Source of the DNA: Bacteroidetes/Chlorobi group bacterium MS-B_bin-24
Lineage (GTDB): Bacteria; Bacteroidota; Ignavibacteria; Kapaibacteriales; UBA2268
NCBI GenBank assembly: GCA_003731685.1
Contig: RCNO01000007.1
Location: 270-57,373, forward strand
Length of the DNA: 57,104 bases
Reading direction: 5' to 3'
The notes under the pieces were generated by a model, which saw nothing but the letters and a program-made list of their open reading frames with translations, made no database searches and was not told the origin of the DNA. Both the position numbers and the translations under genes were made by a program. How positions within the stretch are numbered: position 1 is the first letter of the stretch; each line of letters begins with the position of its first letter. Below, piece after piece: positions 1 through 8,974 of the stretch.

Positions 1-162
1 GTTCAAAGAATGGTTCAATTCAAAGATTTGCGTTTCCCCCTGCTTCCAATCCCTTGCCAATGATTGGGAAATGGTTAAAGATGCCCGAAATTGCGCAAAA
101 ATTGAAATTGGGAAAAAAAGAACACAATAAACGCTAATTCTGGCTTTCTTGACTTTCCACAA
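1..162 (-). CDS. 5' part of a putative exported/outer-membrane protein, runs off the window (possibly DUF3078-like)
   Basis: Not in the ORF track. Manual translation from TTG at 162 gives MWKVKKARISVYCVLFFPISIFAQFRASLTISQSLARDWKQGETQIFELNHSLN: basic N-region, hydrophobic core, A-Q cleavage, open to the window edge. Confidence 0.45.
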   Translation of the reverse strand, partial: MWKVKKARISVYCVLFFPISIFAQFRASLTISQSLARDWKQGETQIFELNHSLN

Positions 163-1987
163 GATATTTAAGATACTTCGAAGTTTCGGGTGAATAGCCA
201 ACAAAGAAATTTGTAACTTTACCATCACGACCGATAACAATTGTTGTTGGGTAATTGGATACACCAAAATAACTTACTAATTCTGAACCATTTTTAACAA
301 TCGGGAAGCTAAAATTTTTTAATTTATAGAGATGTTCGATAACTTCTTTGGGTTCGTAAGATATTGAGAATACTTTAACTTTTTTGAAATTAAAATTATT
401 AGTAATCTGTCGTAAAAACTCCATTTCTTCAATACAAAATTTACAATTAGTTGTAAAAAACGTTAAAATAATCAACTCTTGGTTGGGTTTCGAAAGTTCA
501 ATATTCCCATTCGACGTTTGAATTGTAATGTCAGGTTTTATTTCGGGTAATAAATATGATTTTATTTTAGGAAGATTTTCATTTATCCACTTCTTTGGGT
601 CGACTCCGGGATATTTTGCTTCGACAAGTGGAACTAATTTTTCAATTATGTCTTCGTTTTCGGGCATAATTTTCAAAGCAAGTAAGTAGTAAGTTATTGA
701 AGAATCAATTTGCGATAAAGATTGAAAATTTTCTGCAATTAAATTTAGGTATTCGAAAGTTGAATATTCAAACGGTTTTAAAGTCTGCAAACTCCTTTGT
801 AAAAAATTATTAGATTCTTGATATTTACCGAGTTTTCTCAAAGCAAGCCCAAGATGTAAACCCAATATTTGCCTTTTGGTAAGGATTGGATATGGAAACC
901 CTTTGTAAATTTCCGGGTAACTATTTAAGAATAGGTAATTGAAATATTTGACCATTTGGGGTAAGTAAAATGAAAGTGAATCGAGCGAAGACTTATCATA
1001 AAAAATAATAAATTTAGCTAAATCCTCACCGAATGTTCCTAATCCATTTTCATTTTTTTGTTTTATTCTTTCATTAAAAGCGGAAATAAGAATAGGATTT
1101 GACTCCATTCTTAAAAAAGAAAGTATATTAATACTTCTTTCAAAAAGTAATGTCAAAGGATTTCTTAAAAGTAAGTTCTCGAAATTTTTTGGGAAAGGTT
1201 TTTTAAGTTCATTTATGTCGGGGGAATAAAAGAATTCCAAAAAATTATCGACATAGGGGTCATTTAATTCTGAAAGGTTTTTATACATCAAAATTGTGTC
1301 CATATAATGTTGAATGTAAGAAGGGTTTTCTTTCAATAAATTCAGCCCAATTAGTTTAAGAACAAGACGTGTGGTTTTAATGGGACAAGTATCTATTGCT
1401 TTAAGGTCTTCCAAAAGAGTTTCCTTTTTTAATAATTTTTTATCAAGTAACCAATACCATAAAGAGGCATAATTTAGAAAATTTTGATGCGTTTTAATTT
1501 CATATTCTAAATTTTGTCTTAGCTCGTTTTCTTTGTCAAAGAAAGGAGCAAAGCAAACGGTAGCTCCCGCCTCAAATTCACCATCTGCCCGTTTAATAGG
1601 TAATTTGGGGGAAGTTGCTAGGAAATTTACATCTTTGCTAAAATCACATATTGAAATTTCTAATTGTGAAGTTCCCTTTGGAATAAGAAATTCTTTCGAT
1701 TCGAAAATATTTTCTTCTTTATGATTTAACCTAAGTACGGAGAAAAGGTCAAACCTTCCATCATTAGGTTTATAAAAAAGTATTATAGCATAAAGTGGAA
1801 CATTTTTATTTTTGTATTTTTCTATATCTTGTTCATTACCATAGAAATTTACTTTGTAACTTTTACCTTGAACGTAAAATGAGTCATTGGTAAAATCTTG
1901 AACAACAATCTTTCTTTCGTAAGTTTTTGTTTTGGTTGAATTGCTATTACAGCCAAAAAAAATAAATAAAATTAATAATAGCCACAT
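134..1987 (-). CDS. Lipoprotein with TPR-like helices and a C-terminal TlpA/redoxin (thioredoxin-fold) domain
   Basis: Lipobox FFGC; TPR-like LGLALRKLGKYQESNNFLQRSL and LIAENFQSLSQIDSSITYYLLALKIMPE; TFFTTNCKFC (CxxC) and FGVSNYPTTIVIGRDGKV cis-Pro loop. Confidence 0.8.
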   Translation of the reverse strand: MWLLLILFIFFGCNSNSTKTKTYERKIVVQDFTNDSFYVQGKSYKVNFYGNEQDIEKYKNKNVPLYAIILFYKPNDGRFDLFSVLRLNHKEENIFESKEFLIPKGTSQLEISICDFSKDVNFLATSPKLPIKRADGEFEAGATVCFAPFFDKENELRQNLEYEIKTHQNFLNYASLWYWLLDKKLLKKETLLEDLKAIDTCPIKTTRLVLKLIGLNLLKENPSYIQHYMDTILMYKNLSELNDPYVDNFLEFFYSPDINELKKPFPKNFENLLLRNPLTLLFERSINILSFLRMESNPILISAFNERIKQKNENGLGTFGEDLAKFIIFYDKSSLDSLSFYLPQMVKYFNYLFLNSYPEIYKGFPYPILTKRQILGLHLGLALRKLGKYQESNNFLQRSLQTLKPFEYSTFEYLNLIAENFQSLSQIDSSITYYLLALKIMPENEDIIEKLVPLVEAKYPGVDPKKWINENLPKIKSYLLPEIKPDITIQTSNGNIELSKPNQELIILTFFTTNCKFCIEEMEFLRQITNNFNFKKVKVFSISYEPKEVIEHLYKLKNFSFPIVKNGSELVSYFGVSNYPTTIVIGRDGKVTNFFVGYSPETSKYLKYLVESQESQN

Positions 1988-2006
1988 AACTTACCCTTTC
2001 TTAATT

Positions 2007-2033
2007 AAACATAAACAGGCCCCTTTCGGGGCC
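2007..2033 (-). terminator. Intrinsic terminator/attenuator between the small secreted protein and the redoxin lipoprotein
   Basis: Minus strand GGCCCC-GAAA-GGGGCC followed by TGTTTATGTTT. Confidence 0.65.
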
Positions 2034-2045
2034 CAAAATGAAAAA

Positions 2046-2429
2046 TTAGGGACAAAAATATTTACCAGAGACAGGGTCATAAACAACCGAATCGCAGTCA
2101 AATTGTAGCGGAGGTCCATAATTACCACTAGATCCTGGAGGTTCAGGTGCAACTAAAGGGTACCACCAGGTCACCCAATCCCAAATATGACATTGATCTC
2201 CACCTGGTTGACACTGGTTTTCTCCCCATTTTAAATCACCCAATTCATCACGGTGTACCGACATTCTTTCCCAATGCCCCAACACTCCCGGGGACCCTAA
2301 ATAAGGATACAATTTCCAACTGGCTCCTGGGGGCACAAGTGGCATTGAGATGGAACTTTGTGTATTCGAAAGTAATAAAATAATGAACAAAAACAGAACT
2401 AATGGCAATATAAAACCAATCTTTTTCAT
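2046..2429 (-). CDS. Small secreted Trp/Cys/Pro/Gly-rich hypothetical protein
   Basis: AAGGAG RBS; MKK plus hydrophobic signal peptide; 7 Trp and 4 Cys in the mature part. Confidence 0.75.
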   Translation of the reverse strand: MKKIGFILPLVLFLFIILLLSNTQSSISMPLVPPGASWKLYPYLGSPGVLGHWERMSVHRDELGDLKWGENQCQPGGDQCHIWDWVTWWYPLVAPEPPGSSGNYGPPLQFDCDSVVYDPVSGKYFCP

Positions 2430-2531
2430 TTTTTCTCCTTTAAAATTTGTTAAACATAATTTTTTTGAAATTGTTTAAGAAATTTTTAAGGCGAATTGGG
2501 AACAAGCGGACGCGGTGCATTGTTTAATTCG

Positions 2532-2753
2532 TCAGCTTGATGATACAAACAGGTGGAGGTCGGGCAAGCAGAACGCAACCATCGAGCGCACGCTTCTTAC
2601 GGGAACATCTATTTCGGAGTTTGATTTCTGAATATACTCTCTCTCTCTCTCTCCAGTCAGGCAAACAGAATTAAACACAAAAGGAGCCTCAAATGGAATT
2701 ATCCCCCGCATAGCAAGATTAGAAAACACTTTACGGCACCATTGCCAAAACAT
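2532..2753 (-). CDS. Possible leader ORF containing an (AG)8 tract (GERERE)
   Basis: ATG at 2753 just downstream of a promoter-like motif; no recognisable homology; may be non-coding. Confidence 0.3.
   Translation of the reverse strand: MFWQWCRKVFSNLAMRGIIPFEAPFVFNSVCLTGEREREYIQKSNSEIDVPVRSVRSMVAFCLPDLHLFVSSS
2637..2652. repeat. (CT)8/(AG)8 dinucleotide microsatellite
   Basis: ctctctctctctctct seen directly. Confidence 0.95.
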
Positions 2754-2779
2754 TTTCAAAATCTGCTAAAGTTCAAATT

Positions 2780-2810
2780 GCAATATACGAAAAAATTTCA
2801 AATTTCCAAA
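2780..2810 (-). promoter_or_regulatory. Putative Bacteroidota-type housekeeping promoter (-33 TTTG / -7 TAnnTTG)
   Basis: Minus strand TTTG-19 nt-TATATTGC in AT-rich context upstream of the cassette. Confidence 0.45.
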
Positions 2811-2977
2811 TTTTTTTTAAAAAATTTTTTGATTTCTTTAAGTCTAACTGTTTCAATAAAAATTGCGGAGATGTTGTTAAATTTTAATGTCGAGGAAGCC
2901 TTTGGCTATTTGTGCTTGGGCTTGTGTAAGTTTTGGTAATCTTGTGCAGAGGATGCACTTCCCCTTGCCCTGCGGAA

Positions 2978-3051
2978 AGACATCGGATGTTTCGCAAACA
3001 TCCGATGTTTGTGGAAATAATTGTGGGGGCGACCGGACCGGTCGCCCCAGC
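2978..3051. repeat. Composite REP-like element, locus 1 (33-bp double palindrome plus GTAG-type hairpin)
   Basis: AGACATCGGATGTTT-CGC-AAACATCCGATGTTT then GTGGGGGCGACCGGACCGGTCGCCCC, just 3' of glmS. Confidence 0.9.
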
Positions 3052-3061
3052 AAGATTTTAC

Positions 3062-4894
3062 TTATTCAACTGTTACGCTTTTGGCAAGATTGCGTGGTTG
3101 GTCGACGTTGCAACCAAGTTCTACTGCAATGTAGTATGCAAGCAATTGCAAAGGAATTACTGTAAGAATTGGTGTTAGCATTGGTAAAGTATCGGGAATA
3201 TAAATCACTCTTTCGGCATAACGGGTGATGGTTTCGTCGTTTTCGGTTGCAATGGCAATGACACGACCTTTGCGAGAGCGAACTTCTTCGATATTCGATA
3301 TAACCTTGTCGTATATTTCATCTTTTGGGGCGATGAACACCACGGGCATATTTTCGTCGATAAGTGCTATTGGTCCGTGCTTCATCTCTGCCGATGGATA
3401 ACCTTCGGCGTGTATGTAGGATATTTCCTTCAACTTCAATGCACCCTCCAAAGCCACAGGGAAATTGTATCCCCGACCCAAATACAGAAAGTTTCTGGAA
3501 TATTTAAATTCTCTTGCAATTTCTTTTATCTGGTCGGCTTTTTCTAATATTTTTTCGACTTTTTCGGGTAGTTCTTTTATTCCTCGTGCAATTCGTATCC
3601 CTTCGATTTTCGATAGGTTCCGCATCCGACCCAAAAGTAGGGAAATCAAGGTAAGAACAACAAGCTGGGATGTAAAAGCTTTGGTCGAGGCAACACCAAT
3701 CTCTGGTCCAGCGTGAATATAGACACCTGCATCTGTTTGCCGAGCGATTGAACTGCCAACAACATTTACAATTCCAAGAACCGTGGCGTTCTTTTGTTTA
3801 GCTTCCTGAACAGCAGCCAAAGTGTCGGCAGTTTCGCCGCTTTGGGAAATTGCAATTACAATGTCATTTTTCCGCAGAATCGGGTTGCGGTATCGGAATT
3901 CCGAAGCATATTCGACCTCGACGGGAATTTCGCAAAGGTTCTCGATGAGATATTCCCCAACCAAGCCAGCATGCCACGAAGTTCCGCAACCAGTGATTAT
4001 TATCCTATCGACTTCTCGGAGTTTGTCGAGAACGGGAAGCAGACCACCAAGTCGGGCGATTCCTTCTTCAACAATCAAACGACCACGACAGGCATCGCGG
4101 ATTGTCTGCGGCTGTTCAAAAATTTCCTTCAACATAAAGTGTTCGAACCCGCCCTTTTCGATTTTGCTCAAATCGAAATCTACCAAGTGAACTATGTTGT
4201 TCGTACGGATGTTATCTATGGTCTTTGTATAATAATTTTCGTTATTCAAAGTAACCATCTCGTTGTCCGAAAGGTAAATGACTTGTCGGGTATACTGGAT
4301 AATTGCCGAAGCGTCCGAAGCCACGATAAATTCCTCTTCGCCCAAGCCAACTATCATTGGACTGCCACGGCGGGCGGCGATAATTTTGTTCGGCTCATAG
4401 GTTGAAAGCACAGCCAGCCCAAATGTTCCTTGCACTTCGGTCAATGCGGTTCGAACCGCCTCTTCTAAATCCTTTACTTTCTCGTAGAAATAGCCTATAA
4501 GAACAGCAAGGACTTCGGTATCGGTTGCAGAAACAAATTTATACCCCTTGGAGATAAGCATTTGCTTCAACGATGCGTAGTTTTCGATGATTCCGTTGTG
4601 TACAATCGCAATGTTGCCAGAATTATCGTGATGGGGGTGTGCATTAATGTCGCTTGGTTCGCCGTGTGTTGCCCAGCGAGTGTGTGCAATACCAATGTTT
4701 GCTTTGAATTCTTTCCCTTCCAAAACCTTGATGAGTTCTTTAACTTTGCCCTGCTTTTTGAAAGTCAAAAGATTTCCATCTTCGATTATAGAAAGTCCAG
4801 CGGAATCGTATCCACGATATTCTAACCGCTGAAGCCCATTCAACAAAACAGTTACTGCGTTCCTTTTCCCAATGTATCCAACTATTCCACACAT
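3062..4894 (-). CDS. glmS: Glutamine-fructose-6-phosphate transaminase (isomerizing)
   Basis: MCGIVG N-terminus, RGYDSAG, HTRWATHG, SQSGETADT, C-terminal PRNLAKSVTVE. Confidence 0.99.
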   Translation of the reverse strand: MCGIVGYIGKRNAVTVLLNGLQRLEYRGYDSAGLSIIEDGNLLTFKKQGKVKELIKVLEGKEFKANIGIAHTRWATHGEPSDINAHPHHDNSGNIAIVHNGIIENYASLKQMLISKGYKFVSATDTEVLAVLIGYFYEKVKDLEEAVRTALTEVQGTFGLAVLSTYEPNKIIAARRGSPMIVGLGEEEFIVASDASAIIQYTRQVIYLSDNEMVTLNNENYYTKTIDNIRTNNIVHLVDFDLSKIEKGGFEHFMLKEIFEQPQTIRDACRGRLIVEEGIARLGGLLPVLDKLREVDRIIITGCGTSWHAGLVGEYLIENLCEIPVEVEYASEFRYRNPILRKNDIVIAISQSGETADTLAAVQEAKQKNATVLGIVNVVGSSIARQTDAGVYIHAGPEIGVASTKAFTSQLVVLTLISLLLGRMRNLSKIEGIRIARGIKELPEKVEKILEKADQIKEIAREFKYSRNFLYLGRGYNFPVALEGALKLKEISYIHAEGYPSAEMKHGPIALIDENMPVVFIAPKDEIYDKVISNIEEVRSRKGRVIAIATENDETITRYAERVIYIPDTLPMLTPILTVIPLQLLAYYIAVELGCNVDQPRNLAKSVTVE

Positions 4895-4926
4895 TTTTTT
4901 AATTTGGAATTTGGTTTTATAAAAAA

Positions 4927-6822
4927 ATGCAAATTAATTTAAATAGAATACTTAATCACAACCCGATATTAAAACTTTTATTGTTTGTTCCAATTGGAAT
5001 CTCAATTGGCTTTACAATTCCACACCAGTTTTTATTCCCAATTTTAATTGCACTTTCAATTTTTGCCCTGATTTTTTTGCAATTCAAACAAAGAACGCCA
5101 TCCTACATACTGATTACCATTGCTATCGGATTGATTCTTTCGGTTAACTTCAAACACTTCAAACTCTTGAGTACAACAGATAAATTTCAAGAAGTTAAAG
5201 GAAAAATCTATGGTGAAATAACCGAAGTTTTTGCTTCTGAACCCGATTTTGCCTCTGTTCGGATTGTTGGAACAATTTCGCTTGGGAATCAGACATATAA
5301 TGATGTTCCAGCCCTTCTTAAAATTTACTCAAAAAAAAACACTTTGAGGAAATTTAGAGCAAACGCCAAAATTCTTGCTATTGCAAGCATAAGACCACCG
5401 AGAAGAACCAATCTGCCCACCGATATCGCAGAAATTCCGCTTGCTTTAAGCCACGAAGTTTTACTTTTTGCTCGAACTTCCAATGATTTGATTATAAGAT
5501 TTTGGGAAAGTCCCGTCACAGCGGAAAACATCTTTGCCCGATTGAGAGAGAAACTTGAATCGAATTTGAACAAAATGTTCTCGGCGGAATATTTCCCATA
5601 TTTCGATGAGATGCTTCTTGGAAATAAGCAATTACTCGAGGGCGAGCAACGGGACAAGTTCGCAATAACTGGCATTTCGCATCTTCTTTCGATAAGTGGA
5701 TTCCATTTCGGCATTGTCTTTGCAATTGTCTTTGCCCTGTTTTCGATTTTTCCAAACAAATGGGTCAGATTTGTCTTATTGTCATTATTTATGTTTTTTT
5801 ACCTTTATATTATCGACTTTCCCCCTTCGGGAATTAGAGCATTCATTATGATTGCTGCATTCCTTTATGCAAATACACTGGAAAGAAAAGTTTCGCCCTA
5901 CAATGTTCTTGCTATCATCATTTTAGTTATGTTGATTTTAAAACCAAGTTTATTGTTTTCTGTGGGTTTTCAATTGTCTTTTCTGGCAGTTTTGGGAATA
6001 ATTATGTTTCAAAAAAGGATTTACACTGGGTTGGCAAAAGCCTTGCCCGTGCGAAACGCCGTTACAAATTTCCTGCTTATGCTTTTGTCTGTAACCATTT
6101 CAGCCCAGTTGTTTGTTTCGCCTGTGGTTGCCTACTACTTTGGTTATTACACATTTATCTCCTTCTTTTCCAACTTGGTTTTAGTGCCAATTTTCAGCAT
6201 ATCACTGACTTTTGCCTTTCTGGCAATGCTCTTTTCTGTTGCAACTATTGAAATCGGGGAAATTTTTGCCGTCCCAGCCGAAATCCTTCTCTCGTTGGGT
6301 GTCAAATTCAACAATATCTTGGCGGAAAAGTTAAGTCCTTTGGTTATCAACAACAATGGGGTAGTTCTGCTCTCGATTTTGCTTTCCGTATTGATTATCT
6401 GGGTTTTGTTCGCCAAAACATTCAAATCTTTTGTTTTCCGATTCGGTGCGTTAATTCTTCTTCTTATCGGGTTCGCTTTGAATCTAAATGATGGAAATGG
6501 GAAGGAGATAGAAATTTATCCAAGAGCAAAGTATGTAGCGTTGATTTTCAAGAATTCTGGCAAGAACTATTGCTTGCTTTTCGACCGCAAGCCACATCTT
6601 TTCCCTTCACGGGATTTGGCAATGGAAAAATACATTTCTCGGCTCAATGGTGATGTAATTTTGGCTGTAAATGGCAATGTTGGTATTGCTATTAGCGACC
6701 AAATAAAAAAACAACGAATGATTAGAATCGTCGAAGTCCCTTCGGATGTTCAATTTGCTATATCTAATGCACTTGGAAAAAACCAAAGTATTTTCAAACT
6801 TGGGTTAGGCGATGACGATTAA
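4927..6822 (+). CDS. comEC: ComEC/Rec2 family competence membrane protein
   Basis: Multi-TM; TGISHLLSISGFH, PSGIRA, GFQLSFLAV motifs. Confidence 0.9.
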   Translation: MQINLNRILNHNPILKLLLFVPIGISIGFTIPHQFLFPILIALSIFALIFLQFKQRTPSYILITIAIGLILSVNFKHFKLLSTTDKFQEVKGKIYGEITEVFASEPDFASVRIVGTISLGNQTYNDVPALLKIYSKKNTLRKFRANAKILAIASIRPPRRTNLPTDIAEIPLALSHEVLLFARTSNDLIIRFWESPVTAENIFARLREKLESNLNKMFSAEYFPYFDEMLLGNKQLLEGEQRDKFAITGISHLLSISGFHFGIVFAIVFALFSIFPNKWVRFVLLSLFMFFYLYIIDFPPSGIRAFIMIAAFLYANTLERKVSPYNVLAIIILVMLILKPSLLFSVGFQLSFLAVLGIIMFQKRIYTGLAKALPVRNAVTNFLLMLLSVTISAQLFVSPVVAYYFGYYTFISFFSNLVLVPIFSISLTFAFLAMLFSVATIEIGEIFAVPAEILLSLGVKFNNILAEKLSPLVINNNGVVLLSILLSVLIIWVLFAKTFKSFVFRFGALILLLIGFALNLNDGNGKEIEIYPRAKYVALIFKNSGKNYCLLFDRKPHLFPSRDLAMEKYISRLNGDVILAVNGNVGIAISDQIKKQRMIRIVEVPSDVQFAISNALGKNQSIFKLGLGDDD

Positions 6823-7603
6823 CTTAATTGTTCCAAATATTTTCCCAAAGGACAAAATTTTGGCTGGTGTTACAGAACGAAACTGCCATATTTATCCCGA
6901 TGGCTTATCTTTTGGAATTACCGAACACTTTGACTCCCAAACAGTTCGAAAGCATCGCAAATTGCTTGCAGATTATCTTGGAGTGAAAGTCGAGGATTTT
7001 GTTCTTCTCCATCAGGTGCATTCCGACATAATTCATATTGTCGAGGCAATGGAAACGAATGGTTATGGAAAAACCATCCAAAGTATGCCAAGTTCATTTT
7101 CAAACAATTTAGATTCAAATTTCGATGGCGACGCTTTGATTACTTCAATTAAAGGGAAAATTCTTGGGGTGAAAATTGCCGATTGTGCAGGAATTTTAAT
7201 GTATGACATAAAAAAGGAAATAGTTTCGGCTGTGCATTCGGGATGGCGTGGGAGTGCCCAAAAAATTCTACCGAAGACGATTAGCAAAATGCAGGAGCGG
7301 TTTGGCACGAATCCAAAGGATATACTTGTTTTTATCTCCCCCGTGCCAGATGCACAAAAGTATGAAGTAGGGCAAGAAGTTGCTGAACTTTTCCCCCGTT
7401 CAACGGTGATTTCGCCCGATGGGAAATACTTTTTCGACAATCGCAAAGAATTGCTTTTGCAACTGCTTCAAAGCGGAATTGAGGAACGGAACATCGAAAT
7501 TTCGCCAATTTGCACAATCTCGAACTTAAATTTACATTCATATCGCCGAGACAAAGACAAATCGGGACGAATGCTTGCCTTTATTGGAATGAAAACAACA
7601 TAA
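6812..7603 (+). CDS. pgeF: Peptidoglycan editing factor PgeF / YfiH laccase-domain protein
   Basis: QVHS, DALIT, ADC, AVHSGWRG, CT...SYRR...GR motifs. Confidence 0.92.
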   Translation: MTINLIVPNIFPKDKILAGVTERNCHIYPDGLSFGITEHFDSQTVRKHRKLLADYLGVKVEDFVLLHQVHSDIIHIVEAMETNGYGKTIQSMPSSFSNNLDSNFDGDALITSIKGKILGVKIADCAGILMYDIKKEIVSAVHSGWRGSAQKILPKTISKMQERFGTNPKDILVFISPVPDAQKYEVGQEVAELFPRSTVISPDGKYFFDNRKELLLQLLQSGIEERNIEISPICTISNLNLHSYRRDKDKSGRMLAFIGMKTT

Positions 7604-7616
7604 GTTCAATCTGAAA

Positions 7617-7685
7617 AGACATCGGATGTTTTGCAAACATCCGATGTCTGGGGAATTGTAGGTGCGACGGGCCGGTAGCCCCTAC
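7617..7685. repeat. Composite REP-like element, locus 2
   Basis: AGACATCGGATGTTT-TGC-AAACATCCGATGTCT plus GTAGGTGCGACGGGCCGGTAGCCCCTAC between convergent genes. Confidence 0.9.
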
Positions 7686-8420
7686 TTAGACCAAAGAGTA
7701 TTTAAGATTAAAGAATATGCAATCTTCGCGCTTGCAGGAGCGATTGCGGAGCGAAAAGTTGCATTTCGCCTCGCTCACAGGCAAAAGTATGCCATATTTC
7801 TGGCGAAGGAACTCGGTGGCTTCTTCGAGTGCAATGTATGTATCGCGCTTACAGCAACGGGGACTACCGAGCTCTGCAATTCGCTTTAAACTATTCGAAA
7901 CGATTAGATTACCTTCGGTCCAAGAATTTTCGTCCTCGGGGTCGAGTCCTTTCCAAACAATTAAAAAAATCGAAGTTCCGAGAGCCGCTCCGCAAGTTCC
8001 CAGATGCCAGCTGCAAGTGGGAGCGAATTTCGTTGCAAGGTCTTCGGCTTTCTGGATTTGCTCTTCCAGTTCGTTTCGGGAGTTTGTATAGTTTGCAACT
8101 ACCGTTAAAAGCACAGCGGGGGTGATAAAGTGATGATCAGGCCCGTGCATTTTAATCGCTGGCGATGCCATTATCTCCATTGCCAAGTCGATTGGGTCTG
8201 TTTTAGCCGAACGCAGGCACACCAGCTTGACAATTTCTTTTGCTTCGAGCTTCAGGCAATCGTCGCAAACATAGTGGTTTTCGACGCAAGCCGAATCAGC
8301 CAAAAAAGTTTTCCCGCAGAAGGAACACTCCGCAGATACTGGCTTTACAAGATGGATAACCTCGTTCCCGCAAACAAGGCAATAGTTTTCGTTCTCTATT
8401 GAATTTTTTGTCTGTTCCAT
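7686..8420 (-). CDS. Cys-rich DUF5714-like protein with N-terminal zinc-ribbon-like region
   Basis: CLVCG, CSFCG, C-x3-HYVCDDC, MHGPDHH, GTCGAA, PRCCKR, C-terminal CKREDC. Confidence 0.75.
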   Translation of the reverse strand: MEQTKNSIENENYCLVCGNEVIHLVKPVSAECSFCGKTFLADSACVENHYVCDDCLKLEAKEIVKLVCLRSAKTDPIDLAMEIMASPAIKMHGPDHHFITPAVLLTVVANYTNSRNELEEQIQKAEDLATKFAPTCSWHLGTCGAALGTSIFLIVWKGLDPEDENSWTEGNLIVSNSLKRIAELGSPRCCKRDTYIALEEATEFLRQKYGILLPVSEAKCNFSLRNRSCKREDCIFFNLKYSLV

Positions 8421-8602
8421 TTCGCATACTTATATTTTTAAAAAATGCATTTTACAAAAATTCATTGACATAAACAATAAAATTTTAGTTTTGTACAATT
8501 TTTAATTTTCATTTTCATAAATTTGGGTTGCAAAAAATTTACAGTTTCTTAATATTTATGTGAAAAAAATTAATTAGTTTTGAATTTTTATTATGTGATT
8601 AT

Positions 8603-8941
8603 ATGGCAAAGATTAAAGTCGAAGAGCAGATAGGTGGTGTTGTTGTCTATTTAAAGGGGGACTTCATCGGTGGAGAGGAAACCGATGAGCTTCGTGATAC
8701 TTTAAAGAAACTTGCCGAAGGACCCAAGAACAAGATTATCATCGATATGGGGAAAGTAACCTATTTGAATTCTACTGCTCTCGGGGTGTTAATATCTGCC
8801 CACGCAACGGTAGCCAAGAAAGGGGGAATGATTGCATTGTGCGATTTGGATAAATCGGTTGAAAATCTTTTTGTGATTACTAAATTGACACTTGTATTTC
8901 CAATTTATCCTAATTTAGAAGAAGCAATTAAAAGTTTATAG
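8603..8941 (+). CDS. STAS domain anti-sigma factor antagonist
   Basis: IIDMGKVTYLNSTALGVL motif, ITKL...PIY, 112 aa. Confidence 0.9.
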   Translation: MAKIKVEEQIGGVVVYLKGDFIGGEETDELRDTLKKLAEGPKNKIIIDMGKVTYLNSTALGVLISAHATVAKKGGMIALCDLDKSVENLFVITKLTLVFPIYPNLEEAIKSL

Positions 8942-8974
8942 AATTATGTTCAATAATATTAATGAAGGGATTAT

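Noticed and set aside
4895-4926. glmS ribozyme
   Set aside because: Only 32 bp of AT-rich DNA separate glmS from the divergent comEC, and there is no ribozyme core.
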